Below are positions 13,242 to 24,965 of a stretch of DNA of 64,000 nucleotides, piece after piece. A program made the position numbers and the translations under genes. Location of the stretch: contig NC_043000.1 of NCBI RefSeq assembly GCF_006345805.1, forward strand, positions 128,154,001 to 128,218,000, in the 5' to 3' direction. Source of the stretch: Octopus sinensis. Taxonomy: Eukaryota. The notes beneath the pieces are model-generated. The model was not told where the DNA came from and searched no databases. It worked only from the letters and a program-made list of their open reading frames with translations. The stretch's first letter is position 1. Each line of letters begins with the position of its first letter.

Positions 13242-16200
13242 TGTGTGTGTGTGTGTGTGTGTGTATGCATGTATGTATGTATGTATGTATGTATGTATGT
13301 ATACATATCATGAACTAACTGTTACTTTTTCAGATGCAGCACGGAATTTTGTCAGTGAACAGGTCGCGGTCTCAAAGCGACAAAAATATTTTGGCGAATT
13401 AAATTTAAATGTTGAAGTGAATCTAACGGGTTTTGTGTGTTTTTAAATGGCTTATAAACACCTTCCACGCTACAATTGTTTTTAAATTTAATTTTTTTCG
13501 TTATTTTATTGTCTTTATTGCTATTACATTTATTATGTTATATATTATCATATTCTAAAAGTAGTGCCTTCTTGAGCTCACCTGGCAAAATTGGCATACC
13601 ATATTTCCAGATTATGAGGTTTAGTGTCGGTCTTCACTGAACCGACGAGCAGTTGGGAAAATGGTAGTGACATCTCAACTGACCAGAAATCTCCTGACAA
13701 AGAAAAACATAAGATTAAAAATAAAAATCATTATATTTATCTTGCTCTATAAATGTAGAATCCAGTTTAACATGTTCATTAAAATGTCAAATCGATATAA
13801 ACGTATGACTCAAATGCTTTGTTGGAATGTTGAAATGTTGGTTTACATTACAACGGTTTGAAGATATAGTAGGGAAAATCGTGTTAAAAACGGAAACTAT
13901 TAAAACAAAATTGAAAATGAAGTCGTGAATTGGCAGAGTTGTTAGAGTATCGGATAGAATGCTCCGTGGTATTTGTTCCAGCTCTCTACACCCTGTGTTC
14001 AAATCTCGCCGAGGTCAACTTCACCTTTTATCCTTTCGGGGGTTCATAAAAATGTTCCAATCGAGAGTGGGATTTGCAGAATGTCGGACTGGATGCGTTG
14101 CGGTACTTGTTCCAGTTCTTTGTGCTCTGAGTTCAAATTCGGTCATGGTCCACCTGGGTGGCAGACTTAATCGATCGCCCGATTAAACACTGGCATATCG
14201 GTTGCCTTTAGCGGAACTCATCCTGTTGAAAGCATTTGGGCTCCGGATTCCAATTTGAAGATTCTTTCGTCCCTGCAACACAATTTCTTTCCCTCAAAAG
14301 GCCCTGCCCTATTTAACATTGTCCCGAAATAGATCAAAGAAGAAAAGGATCCCATTACCTTCAAACGGAATCTGGACAAATTTCTTCAAGGAATACCAAA
14401 TAAGCCACCTATACCTGGATACAACTCACTCAACAAGAACTCCCTACTCGAATGGACCACGATACCACAAACCTTGACTTAAAAAGGATTTAGATAATCA
14501 CATCAGATGGTGCTATTAAGTTAGATTTGGCCTGGACCAATCTTTGGTCGAAACATATCTAAGTTTATATATACTTATATATACATACATACACATATGT
14601 ATATGTGTGTGTGTATGTGTATTTTTCAATGTGTACAAATAACAAGGAAAAAAATAAATAAATAGTTACTAAGGTAGCAAAAATTCACATAAGTGCCAAG
14701 GATATTAGCAGGTAAACCTGCGTATATCATGGGCACAGTTCTTTCCTTCGGACTAATAACTCTCACTTCCAAAGTAATTACTTGTAAACGTTCTCTTTAT
14801 GTAAAAGAGATCGCTAAAAGGTCTATATGTAAATTACATATACTGGGAAACAGCGAATATATAACATTGTCTTGATTCACAATAACGAAATCTTTAATTT
14901 GTGCCTGATGTGGAATCGTGATTTTTCCCGCAGTGAAATGAAATGTGTTAGCACCACGTCACAATCTTGATTTGCCGGGAGCATATTTCTTGCGTTTTGG
15001 CACACGTTAAAAAAATCCAGTCATATACTCATTCAAAGTTCAATACACGCTCTCTCCATTCGTTGAAAAGCGCCTTTATTATTAAATCAAAACAAGTGAA
15101 AACATTTACCTTGACTGTTCGGGTTGTTGACTTCTCCGTCAACATTAACAGCTACATTCACTCGACTGTCCCAGTTCTGCAAAGCTTCTCCTCCATCAAT
15201 GTAAGCCTTGTGTAAAAGATGGATGGTAGAAATGACAAACAAAAGTTAGGAAACAAAAGACAAAGAATCCATGGGTTAACAAACTTTAAATAGCATTATT
15301 TTGCAGGGTGTTGTTGTTTAACTCCTGGCTGAACAGATATTTGATCAAAGGTATTACAGCCAGGACTACATTATCTTGGTTTAGAAATAGCGAATTATAA
15401 AATACTTGTGGCTGTTAGATGTCCTTTACTCCTTGTATTTGAGCTGATTAGCTAACTGCTCAGAGCTGTATATGACTGCTGGTGTTTAGAGTTGACTGTT
15501 GGATGTTGAGTGCTGGTTGTTATTTTCCAAGCGTTGGCGGTCAAAATTTCTACATAGAAGAAAATTGACCAGGTTTTTACGAACAAACTTTATTCTTTTG
15601 AGAGAGTTTGGATGTTATTGTAATTGTATTCGAAAAGTTACGGCTAGTCGTTGTGTTGCTGCCGGTAGTTTCGTTATGATGATATTAGTTAGGTTCAGCC
15701 GCTGCCTGTGTCTGTTCGCCATCCGTCTGCTTTGTCGTTCATGCTCTCTCTGCTACATTCCAAAGCTTTCTGGGTCATGGTCGCGCGCATGTATCCTTTT
15801 ATACCTATTAATGGGCTCAGAATGGACGCGCGAAAAGTTGAGATTAGTTGCTGGAGCCTATTCCACGTGAAGTTGTGATTGGCCAGATTTTGTTGACCAC
15901 GTGGGGAATATTCTTTCCAAGCGATGTAGAGATTGATCAAATTCGCTGGCCATATGGGCAACATTCCAGCAAATTGCGACATTCGTTGATTACTGGATAT
16001 TATTACAAAGACTGTCCTGCCAGTGAAATTTTTGTAAGGTGATTGAGCGATATAATGAGAATAGTCTAAAATTTGCAGATGTGAAGTGTAAATATTGAAG
16101 GAAACCATAAAAAAGATGCTGTAGCATCACTGTTTGAGAGATATATTAGAAATGATCTCGTGTTAGATAACAACCATCTTCGGCTATCTGACCCTGTTGT

Positions 16201-17381
16201 GTCCACTGCTCTGATTGGTTGGCATTAGCGCAGTTTGTCTCTCGACTTATTTCGCGCCAGTGTGTAAGCCAACCAATCACGGCCTTCGGATAAGGTCCCG
16301 TGACACTGTCTTTCTTGTGCCTTCTTTGAGCCCTTTAAAAAGCGAGATCGACAGACTATTGTTCGTCTTTGATTCCAGTCCTTTTGCTACTTGAACTTAT
16401 TTTTATATTCAATATGACTGTGGCGAGGTCTATAGAGGAAAGTAGCTGGCTGGAAGCAAAGCGCAGAAAAACATGGTTTGTGATCCTTCAATGTAAAAAT
16501 GACAATACGGTATGTACGCCATTGGATGTATATATGCACATTATTTTCATTAACGAATAAGGTGCAGTAAAATTAATAAAGTGAGAAAACTGCAAACATT
16601 TATGAAGACATTATGCCAAGTGAGGGGTTGGAATTGTGAGAGAGGTGGTGTGAGGGGGTCAGAAGTGTCGGGCTTTGAGGTGGCCGAGTAGGAGAGAAGA
16701 AGCTGGAATTAGAGTGGGGAGAGAACTCTAACATGACGTTGAAATAATTGGCTAACGGAGCTGCGGTGTGATCTTTTCAATCCTGCTTCTATCAGAGAAG
16801 TTGACTCAGTTCGTAGGATAGTCGTTAATTACACAGTTCTCTTGCTGTTTGCAACAGGAAATCGAACCTCCTATAGACAATACTAGGTCGCAGATAAAAA
16901 TACTGAGCTTACCTTCGTTAGTAGTGCATCCCATACTGTGCTAAATGCGTTGACTCCTATCTCCTTGTATCTAGAAGGAGAAAAACAAGAGGGGCAATAA
17001 AAGAAATTAACATGTTAATATGTGTATGTGTGTGTCTCTCCATAATACTTTACTTCTTTCATTCTGACTTTATATCTGTCCTTATCTAGTCTTCAGTCCT
17101 TCAGGACATTTTCATTTTCCTTTGCGTTACCCCATGTCAGTCAGTCTTGCGGCCGCATGGCTTTTTTTGTTGTATATGTTTCTTTTATTTTGTCGTATTT
17201 GTTTTCGTCATTGTGGCTATTCCCCGCGATTTTTTTGCCACTGACGTCACCAAGAGCTAAAGGAGCGAAATTGTAATGATCTTTTGGACGTTGACTGATG
17301 AGGAATAAGATACGAAGTTTTTGCTTGTTATGTTTTTGTAACATTTCTATTTGATGTGTTTTTGTTACATTTTTGAAATAC

Positions 17382-17474
<93 letters not shown>

Positions 17475-20100
17475 CACACACACACACGTGTGTGTACTTA
17501 AAAATATGTATAGTTTTGATTAGGAATGAATATTAAGGATATGTCCAAGTTTACGGCAAAACAATCATTAATTCGCCACAGAATTACTGTGTTTAACAGA
17601 AATTGACGAAGGACGACGAGCCTGAAACTGGCCTTTCTTTTATCTATGTCCGTTTACTGGGAACATAGGGGTATACTTCTAAGATTCATATCACACGTAT
17701 AAAGATATTTCAAGCATGTATATGTATATTTTTACCGCTTCGCCAAGGAAGTAGTAAGGGTAGTACTCGTGACACTTTATATTTTCGGGGCCTCCGAGAC
17801 TAGCGAGAGGAAGGGAGAAAGTTATTCTCAAACCAGAGACCTGGATGTGGTATTAAACCGGGTGACGGATTTATCTGTTTCTTTATTACCCACAAGGGGC
17901 TATACATAGAGGGGACAAACAAGGACAGATAAACGGATCAAGTCGATTACATCGACCCCAGTGCGTAACTGGTACTTAATTTATCGACCCTGAAAGGATG
18001 AAATTTAGCCTACCGTCTAACAGGTCGGAATATAAAGAGCTGGAGTAAGTAGCGCAAAGCATCACTTTCTGTTCTTTCACAATTTCCTTAAACTTCTACT
18101 CATGAAGGCTCATGGCTAAGTGGTTAGGGTAGTCAACTGAAGATCGTAAGGTAGTGAGTTCGATATCTAGCGGTGCGTTGTGTCCTTGCGCTAGAGACGT
18201 TATTTCACGCTGTTCCAGTCCACTCAGCTGGAAAAAATGAATTGTATATGTAGTTCAAAGGGCCGACCTTGTGTCATGCTGAATCTCCCCGAGAACTACG
18301 TCGAGGGTACACGTGTCTGTGGAGCACTCAGCCACTTGCCTCTTAACTTCACGTGCAGGCTGTTCCGCTGATCGGATCAACTGGAATCCTCGTCGCTGTG
18401 GTAACCGACGGGGGTGCCAGTTTAATCCTCTACCCTGGAGTAATATTTCATTTTATTGACCCGAAGAGGAGACAAGACAGAGTTGACTTCGGCAGAATTT
18501 GAACGCGGAACTCAGTGAGTTGAAACAGATGTTGCAAATTATTCTGTCCTATGTTTTAACGATTCTGCCATTCTGCCGTTTATACTTCAGCAAATTAATT
18601 ATTTATCGTTACGTTCTGAGTTCAAATTAATCATATATTGTTACGTTCTGAGTTCAAACTCCGCCGAGGTTGACTTTGCCTTTCATCCTTTCGGGATCGA
18701 TTAAATAAGTACCAGTTACGCACTGGGGTCGATCTAATCGACTGAAACCCTTTGTCTGTCCTTGTTTGTCCCCTCTATGTTTAGCTCTCTGTGGGCAATA
18801 AAGAAATAAAAAATTATTCATTTTTTTTTTTAGTTATATTGTATCTCAGTTTCTTTTTTTGCAAGAAGGCAATAAAAACTTTGGACAAGAGTGAAATTTG
18901 TGATACTCACTTATGGAATGATCCAGCAGTGTCAAGAAAAATCTATGAAGAAACCACAAAAATGTAGACTGTTACGTATAAAAGAAAAATCACTTAACGT
19001 TAAATAGAAAATGGAATCGTTATCTGAAACAAAATAGCCTCTTTCTACATTCTTTACCCGTGTTTCAGTCTATCTCTGATTTTTTTTTTATTTCGGAATT
19101 CCTCCTCATCTCTTAGTTTCCGTTTCTCTTCTTAGTCTCTCTCTCTCCCTCTCTCTCTCCCTTTAGTTTCTCCCCTATCTTCATACATACGTAAGCACAA
19201 AATAAACATACATCGTTGAATGGAGAAGATTGTCAATTCTAATTCCCATTCGCAATGTCTTCCTTTCTTTTGATACATCAAAGTGTCTTTTTGCCATAAA
19301 ATTCCTTAATAAAGAGAATTAACAGAAACAACAGAAATAACGACCAAATATCTCTCGAGTTATATCCATCCTCTTGAAAAAACAAACAGATTAAAAATTA
19401 TAACCTGGGGTACACAAAAGCCTGGAGATAGATAGAATGGCTGTTGCTAGAATGTCTAATCATAGGTTAGTTAAGTTAAGTTAATTTTTTGGCTCAAAAA
19501 GCAAAAAGCAAAGCCATGTAGGGGGGCATGGAGTTATGTACAGGGTTGTGTTCGTGCAAAGAGTTCAGGCCATTTGTGGTCAAGGGAGACTTTGAACCGA
19601 GCGGTCGTCAGCATCTTCACTATCTCGTCCGGTAGCTTATTCCACGGATCCGCAACCCGGACGGAGAAAGCCCCTCTCCTTCGATTGAGATGAAATCGTC
19701 GCAGATAGAGGTTTGTTGGATCAGAGCTGAACAACGATAAAAATGATTCCTTATGTTTATATAAAGCCTCAGATGTGTGTGAGATACAACTCAGTTGCGG
19801 TCGCATTTATTAGAAGAGAGAAAATTTTGCACGGCCCTTCAGATTTACGCCTTAGAAAAGGGAGTGATTTCTCCTGTCGCTCCTACCTCTTGCCACATCG
19901 CGGGTCAGTTCTGGTTGGATCTGTAATGGTGGTAGCCCATCTTCCGATCGAAACAGGAAAATAAGTTTCCAGTGGCTTTCCCCATTGATGAATGTAGCAT
20001 GGTTTATAAATAAATATGCATACGCCTCATATTTGTAATCTATTAGTCTCGTAAAATTAGACCCACGATGGTCTTTTCGACAGAGAGAGAGGGAGAGAGG

Positions 20101-20165
<65 letters not shown>

Positions 20166-21209
20166 AGAGAAACATGTAGAAAGAAAGCGAGACAAACATA
20201 ATGGTTTCTGCAATGAATAGATATTTAATTTTTGTTTAAGTAACCAAAATGTGACCTGACCCACTGTGCTAGTTTCTAATTGGCTAAAAATAACGCAGTC
20301 CAAGATGAATAACCTTAACGACATGAAAATGCTTTGGACACTTTCGCTCTTTTGCAGACAAAATACCAAATAATAATTGAAATTTATATGTCGCTTCGTA
20401 GCTGAAGTATAGTATATTAGTTTATTTACATTTTAAAAGGATAATTAGAGCTTTTCTAGTTACTTACCTCAAAAGCATTATCATTGAAAACTGAAATAAA
20501 AGTAAATCAAAATCACATTAGACAGAATACGAATTTTTCAAGATATTTCTAACATAAAAGTATTGTAAAGAAAAGAGAAAATCCAGAAAAATTTTCAGCT
20601 AATTTCTAATAGAATGTAATTGATTAAGATTTTGATTTCTCCCGTAGGCACAAGAGAATTAGTGAATAATTCTAAGGTGTAATTTTGGTAGCAACTTTTG
20701 ATAGAGAATTAAGGCGCTTTTTTCTCTTTACTATGACCAAATGTCTGCTCTCTTTTCATCCAGCTAAATTCGTAAAGATGTCGACTTGCAGGGTGAAAAG
20801 AATCTTCCATATGTCTACGATAACACAATAATGCTGGCTGTCAGAAAATATTTTAATGAAATAGCGATAACTGTGGATAGTCTTTATTATGCTCAATAGA
20901 CCAGAATTTTTCAAACTTTTTTGTCGCAACCTATTTTATTAATCTCGCGACTCACTGAAGGGTCGGGACCCACTGTTTGATAAACGCTGTACTAAACCAC
21001 CTGATAACTAATTTCTTTGTCATAATTATTATGGATACTAACATTGGTTTTTAGAATCGTGGACCAGAATGTTTTTGATCAAAAACGGTCAGGGTTATTG
21101 TTGGAAACTAAGATAAAGTTGAACACCCACGGGGCATCCAAATGAATGAAGGCACGTTTTCCGATTGATTTGCGCAATGCCTTCATAACTTTTTTGATTA
21201 TAAGACAAT

Positions 21210-21241
<32 letters not shown>

Positions 21242-21610
21242 AAGAAGCAGGAGAAACAGAAGAAGGAATTTAAAAAAAAGGAGCAAGAAAAAGAAGGAGA
21301 AGAAGAAACAGAATAAGAAGACGAAGATAATTATGTGAGTGGTGATGAGGATGATGATGATGAGGAGGAGGAGGGTACATTGGATGAAAGATGAAAAGAA
21401 GGAAAACAATACAAAAGAATTTTTAGAAATCATCTAAAGAAACATACCATCTGAGTCGTGCTCCGTTCTGTTTGCCCAGACGTGAGGGTCTTCCAAAAGA
21501 GCAGCGATATATAAGTTGTTGTCGTCCCATCGTATTTTGAAACGTGTGGTTAAGACAGGATCGTGTCCTCTACGTCCTTGTAGGTCTTCAACAGTTCATA
21601 AAAAGAATGC

Positions 21611-21694
<84 letters not shown>

Positions 21695-21714
21695 TGCGTG
21701 TATGAGTGTGTACT

Positions 21715-21785
<71 letters not shown>

Positions 21786-24700
21786 TAATCGTAAATACAT
21801 AATCAAAAACCTGTGCCAAACAAATACGCAGAAATATGCACACTTGCGTATACACACACAGATACGCACACACACATACACACACACGGACCCACACACG
21901 CACATACACACACATATGCACACTTACTGGCACACATAGTTATACTAGCTAAAATGTTAGATAATGTTCGACTTCTGTCACCAGCGCGTTGCTTTGTGTC
22001 TATCGTAAAGACATTTAGTTCTGTTCATTCCAATTTAATGGAGAGAGGCACTATGGCGGAGAATAAGTTTATTTATTCTATAAGTAGAAACGGCAGATTT
22101 TTCTTTTATTAACTTACAGTGTTCACCTTAAATGGAACGATAGCGAGGTCAGAGTTCTGAAGGCTGATGTATAATTTTGAGGTCAGATAACCGAGTAAGA
22201 AAGGTGCCGCATCATCATCTTTTAAGGCAAGAGTTCTTATTTCACAAGACTCTTAATTCTATTTGCTTCAATATATCTACTAGAAAATGGGTAACAACCT
22301 GTTTTGGAAAACTGACTTGCAATACTTAGTGTCTTATCAGTGGAAATACTGGTTTAACTCAAGGCTTACTGAAGCCGGAGTCCAACACTCTATGAATACG
22401 CCTGGCCTGGAAAAAGATCTACATTGTAAACATTGTTATATTGTGGTTTTCAGTTCAAATACCACGACGTCGACTTAGCTTTTCATCCTTTCGCGGTCGT
22501 CAAAATAAAATATCAGTCAAGTATTGGAATCGACATATATGCCAATCAAACTGAAATTAGGACATAACCTTTGTAGAAATATTAACATGTATATACATAT
22601 ATTTTACACACAAAGTATACATTTATATACATATATTCCAATCAAATCGAAGTTGTATAGTTATGGATATAATTGCATTGATGTGGTGGCATTTTTCACA
22701 CATAGGATAAAAAGTTAAAGGTAAAGTTACTTTCTGGAGTCATACCTGTTCATAAAGGCCAGTTTCCCGGTTTTATAACATATATATTCCCTACTTGGAC
22801 GGGACGCGAAATTCTTTTCCCACGAGAGTTCCGGACCCTAGTAATGAACTCATTTGCATACAGCCAATCAGAGCTCACCTTGACATTGTTGTCAAGTCAA
22901 CAAAGGTTGGAATTCAAGAACGGGGTTGTAAGTCGACCGATCGCCAAGTTATGCCTGATTTTGGGAGACAAGTAATTAGATAGATTTGCATCTACATCTA
23001 TAATCAGATTTTGTTAGGGTCCCATATGGTAAAGGTGCGGATGGGGAAAACGTGGGTAGAGGGTGATGTGCTAGCAACCCTCTCCTCTTGCTGTATTACA
23101 AAGTAAACAATAGCACAAATAACTACGCAGAGGCAGCCATGGTTGAAACAACAACAAGAACAACAAACATTCTTAAAAGAGAAAAGAAGCATGGTCATTC
23201 CTTATTCAAGTGACCTTATCTTATCGCCTATCACTTATGCGCTCATAAATTAGTTTGATGGTTGAGCTCTGATTGGTAGTATGCAAATGAGTTCATAACT
23301 GGGGTCTGGAACTCTCGTGGGAAAAACATTTCGCGGCGGGACACCGGTCCGTTTCAGGATTAATCACTTTTGCCAACTGAGTGGATTGGAGTAATCCATG
23401 ACATGAAAGGTTTGGCTCAAGAACACAACGCGTCGCCCGATCCAGGAATCGAAACCACAATCTTATGGTTACGAGTCCAACACCCTAACCACGTGCCTCC
23501 ACCACGCATAGAATACATCTAGACAGTTCACTCAAATTGAATATATGATACTTCTGTTATAGCTAGAAAAAAATGTAGTATAATAGGACGTACCAACAAA
23601 CTTTTCTGACCACGGTACTTGGTTCCAAGCAAATTCATCTATCAGGCCATCAATTTCAATGGTTTCTTCGTTGAGATGCTGGACCACATATGTATGAGGT
23701 AAAGGTACATCACAGGTCTCTGCTGCACATGCTTCAATTATGTTCTTTTCTAAAAAGCTTAAACAAAAATTAAGTTATCGTTCATATTTTCATGAACTGA
23801 CATCAACTGCAACAAATATAAAAAAAATAAACTCTCAAAAGGGATGTAAAACCGTTTCATTAAAGTGGATTGGAGTAATCCATGACATGTAGTGTTTGGT
23901 TCAAGAACACGACGCATCACCCAGTCCAGGAATCGAAACCACAATCTTATGATTATGAGTCCAACACCCTAACCACGTGCCTCCACCACGCGTAGAATAC
24001 AACCACAGCCGTACTGGCTGATACAATGTATTTCCAGGCTTGGGTGTTGACTGCGCTCATATTACTGGTGCATTTCTGGGCCTGGGGATGTTGTTGCCAC
24101 CGGTGTTGTTGGTGCTGCCGTCTGTGCTGCTATCATTATGACGCGCGGGTCCGGCGATGCGGCCGTGGCTGCTGTCGCTGTGGTTATTATCATTGTGGTA
24201 GTCCTCCCTGGTCGTAGGCTTGGCGCTATTACCGCCGGTGATGTGGACGCCGTCGGTGATGTGAGTACCGTCGATGGTAACGTTACCATCGACGGTACTC
24301 ACATCACCGACGGCGTCCACATGGTAGTGCTGGTGTCGGCATGGTCATCTTCGGCTGTAGCGCTGTTACTGGGGTCGTTTCTGCCGCTGTTGCTGGCATC
24401 GATGTGGTCGATGTTGTTGGATGATCCGTGCTACTATTACTGTGGTCGCATATATACTCATATATACGTAAACACACCAGCATTGGTTGTCAAGCAATGC
24501 TAGGGGGACAAACACAGACACACAAACACACACGCATATATATATATATACATATATACGACGGGCTTCTTTCAGTTTCCGTCTACCAAATCCACTCACA
24601 AGGCTTTGGTCGGCTCGAGGCTATAGTAGAAGACACTTGCCCAAGGTGCCACACAGTGGGACTGAACCCGGAACCATGTGGTTGGTAAGCAAGCTACTTA

Positions 24701-24915
24701 CCACACAGCCACTCCTGCTCCTATACATATATATATAAATTTATATAAATAAGGATAAGATCGATATTTAAATATCGATCTTATCAAGTGGCCAGCATGG
24801 GAAAAAAACCTTTCAAAGGTAATAATTATTTAAAACTATAATTTAGGGCATCACGCTGAAAATAGCAGTCAAAACATACACACACACATACATACATACA
24901 TACATACAAATATAT

Positions 24916-24965
<50 letters not shown>

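Noticed and set aside
15500-16350. Moderately GC-rich tract with 123- and 137-aa ORFs and a CCAAT inverted repeat
   Set aside because: Probably a decayed retroelement, but no motif strong enough to call.
24026-24503. Overlapping ORFs on both strands
   Set aside because: Result of triplet periodicity and the palindrome; no splice or homology support; inside gene A intron 1.
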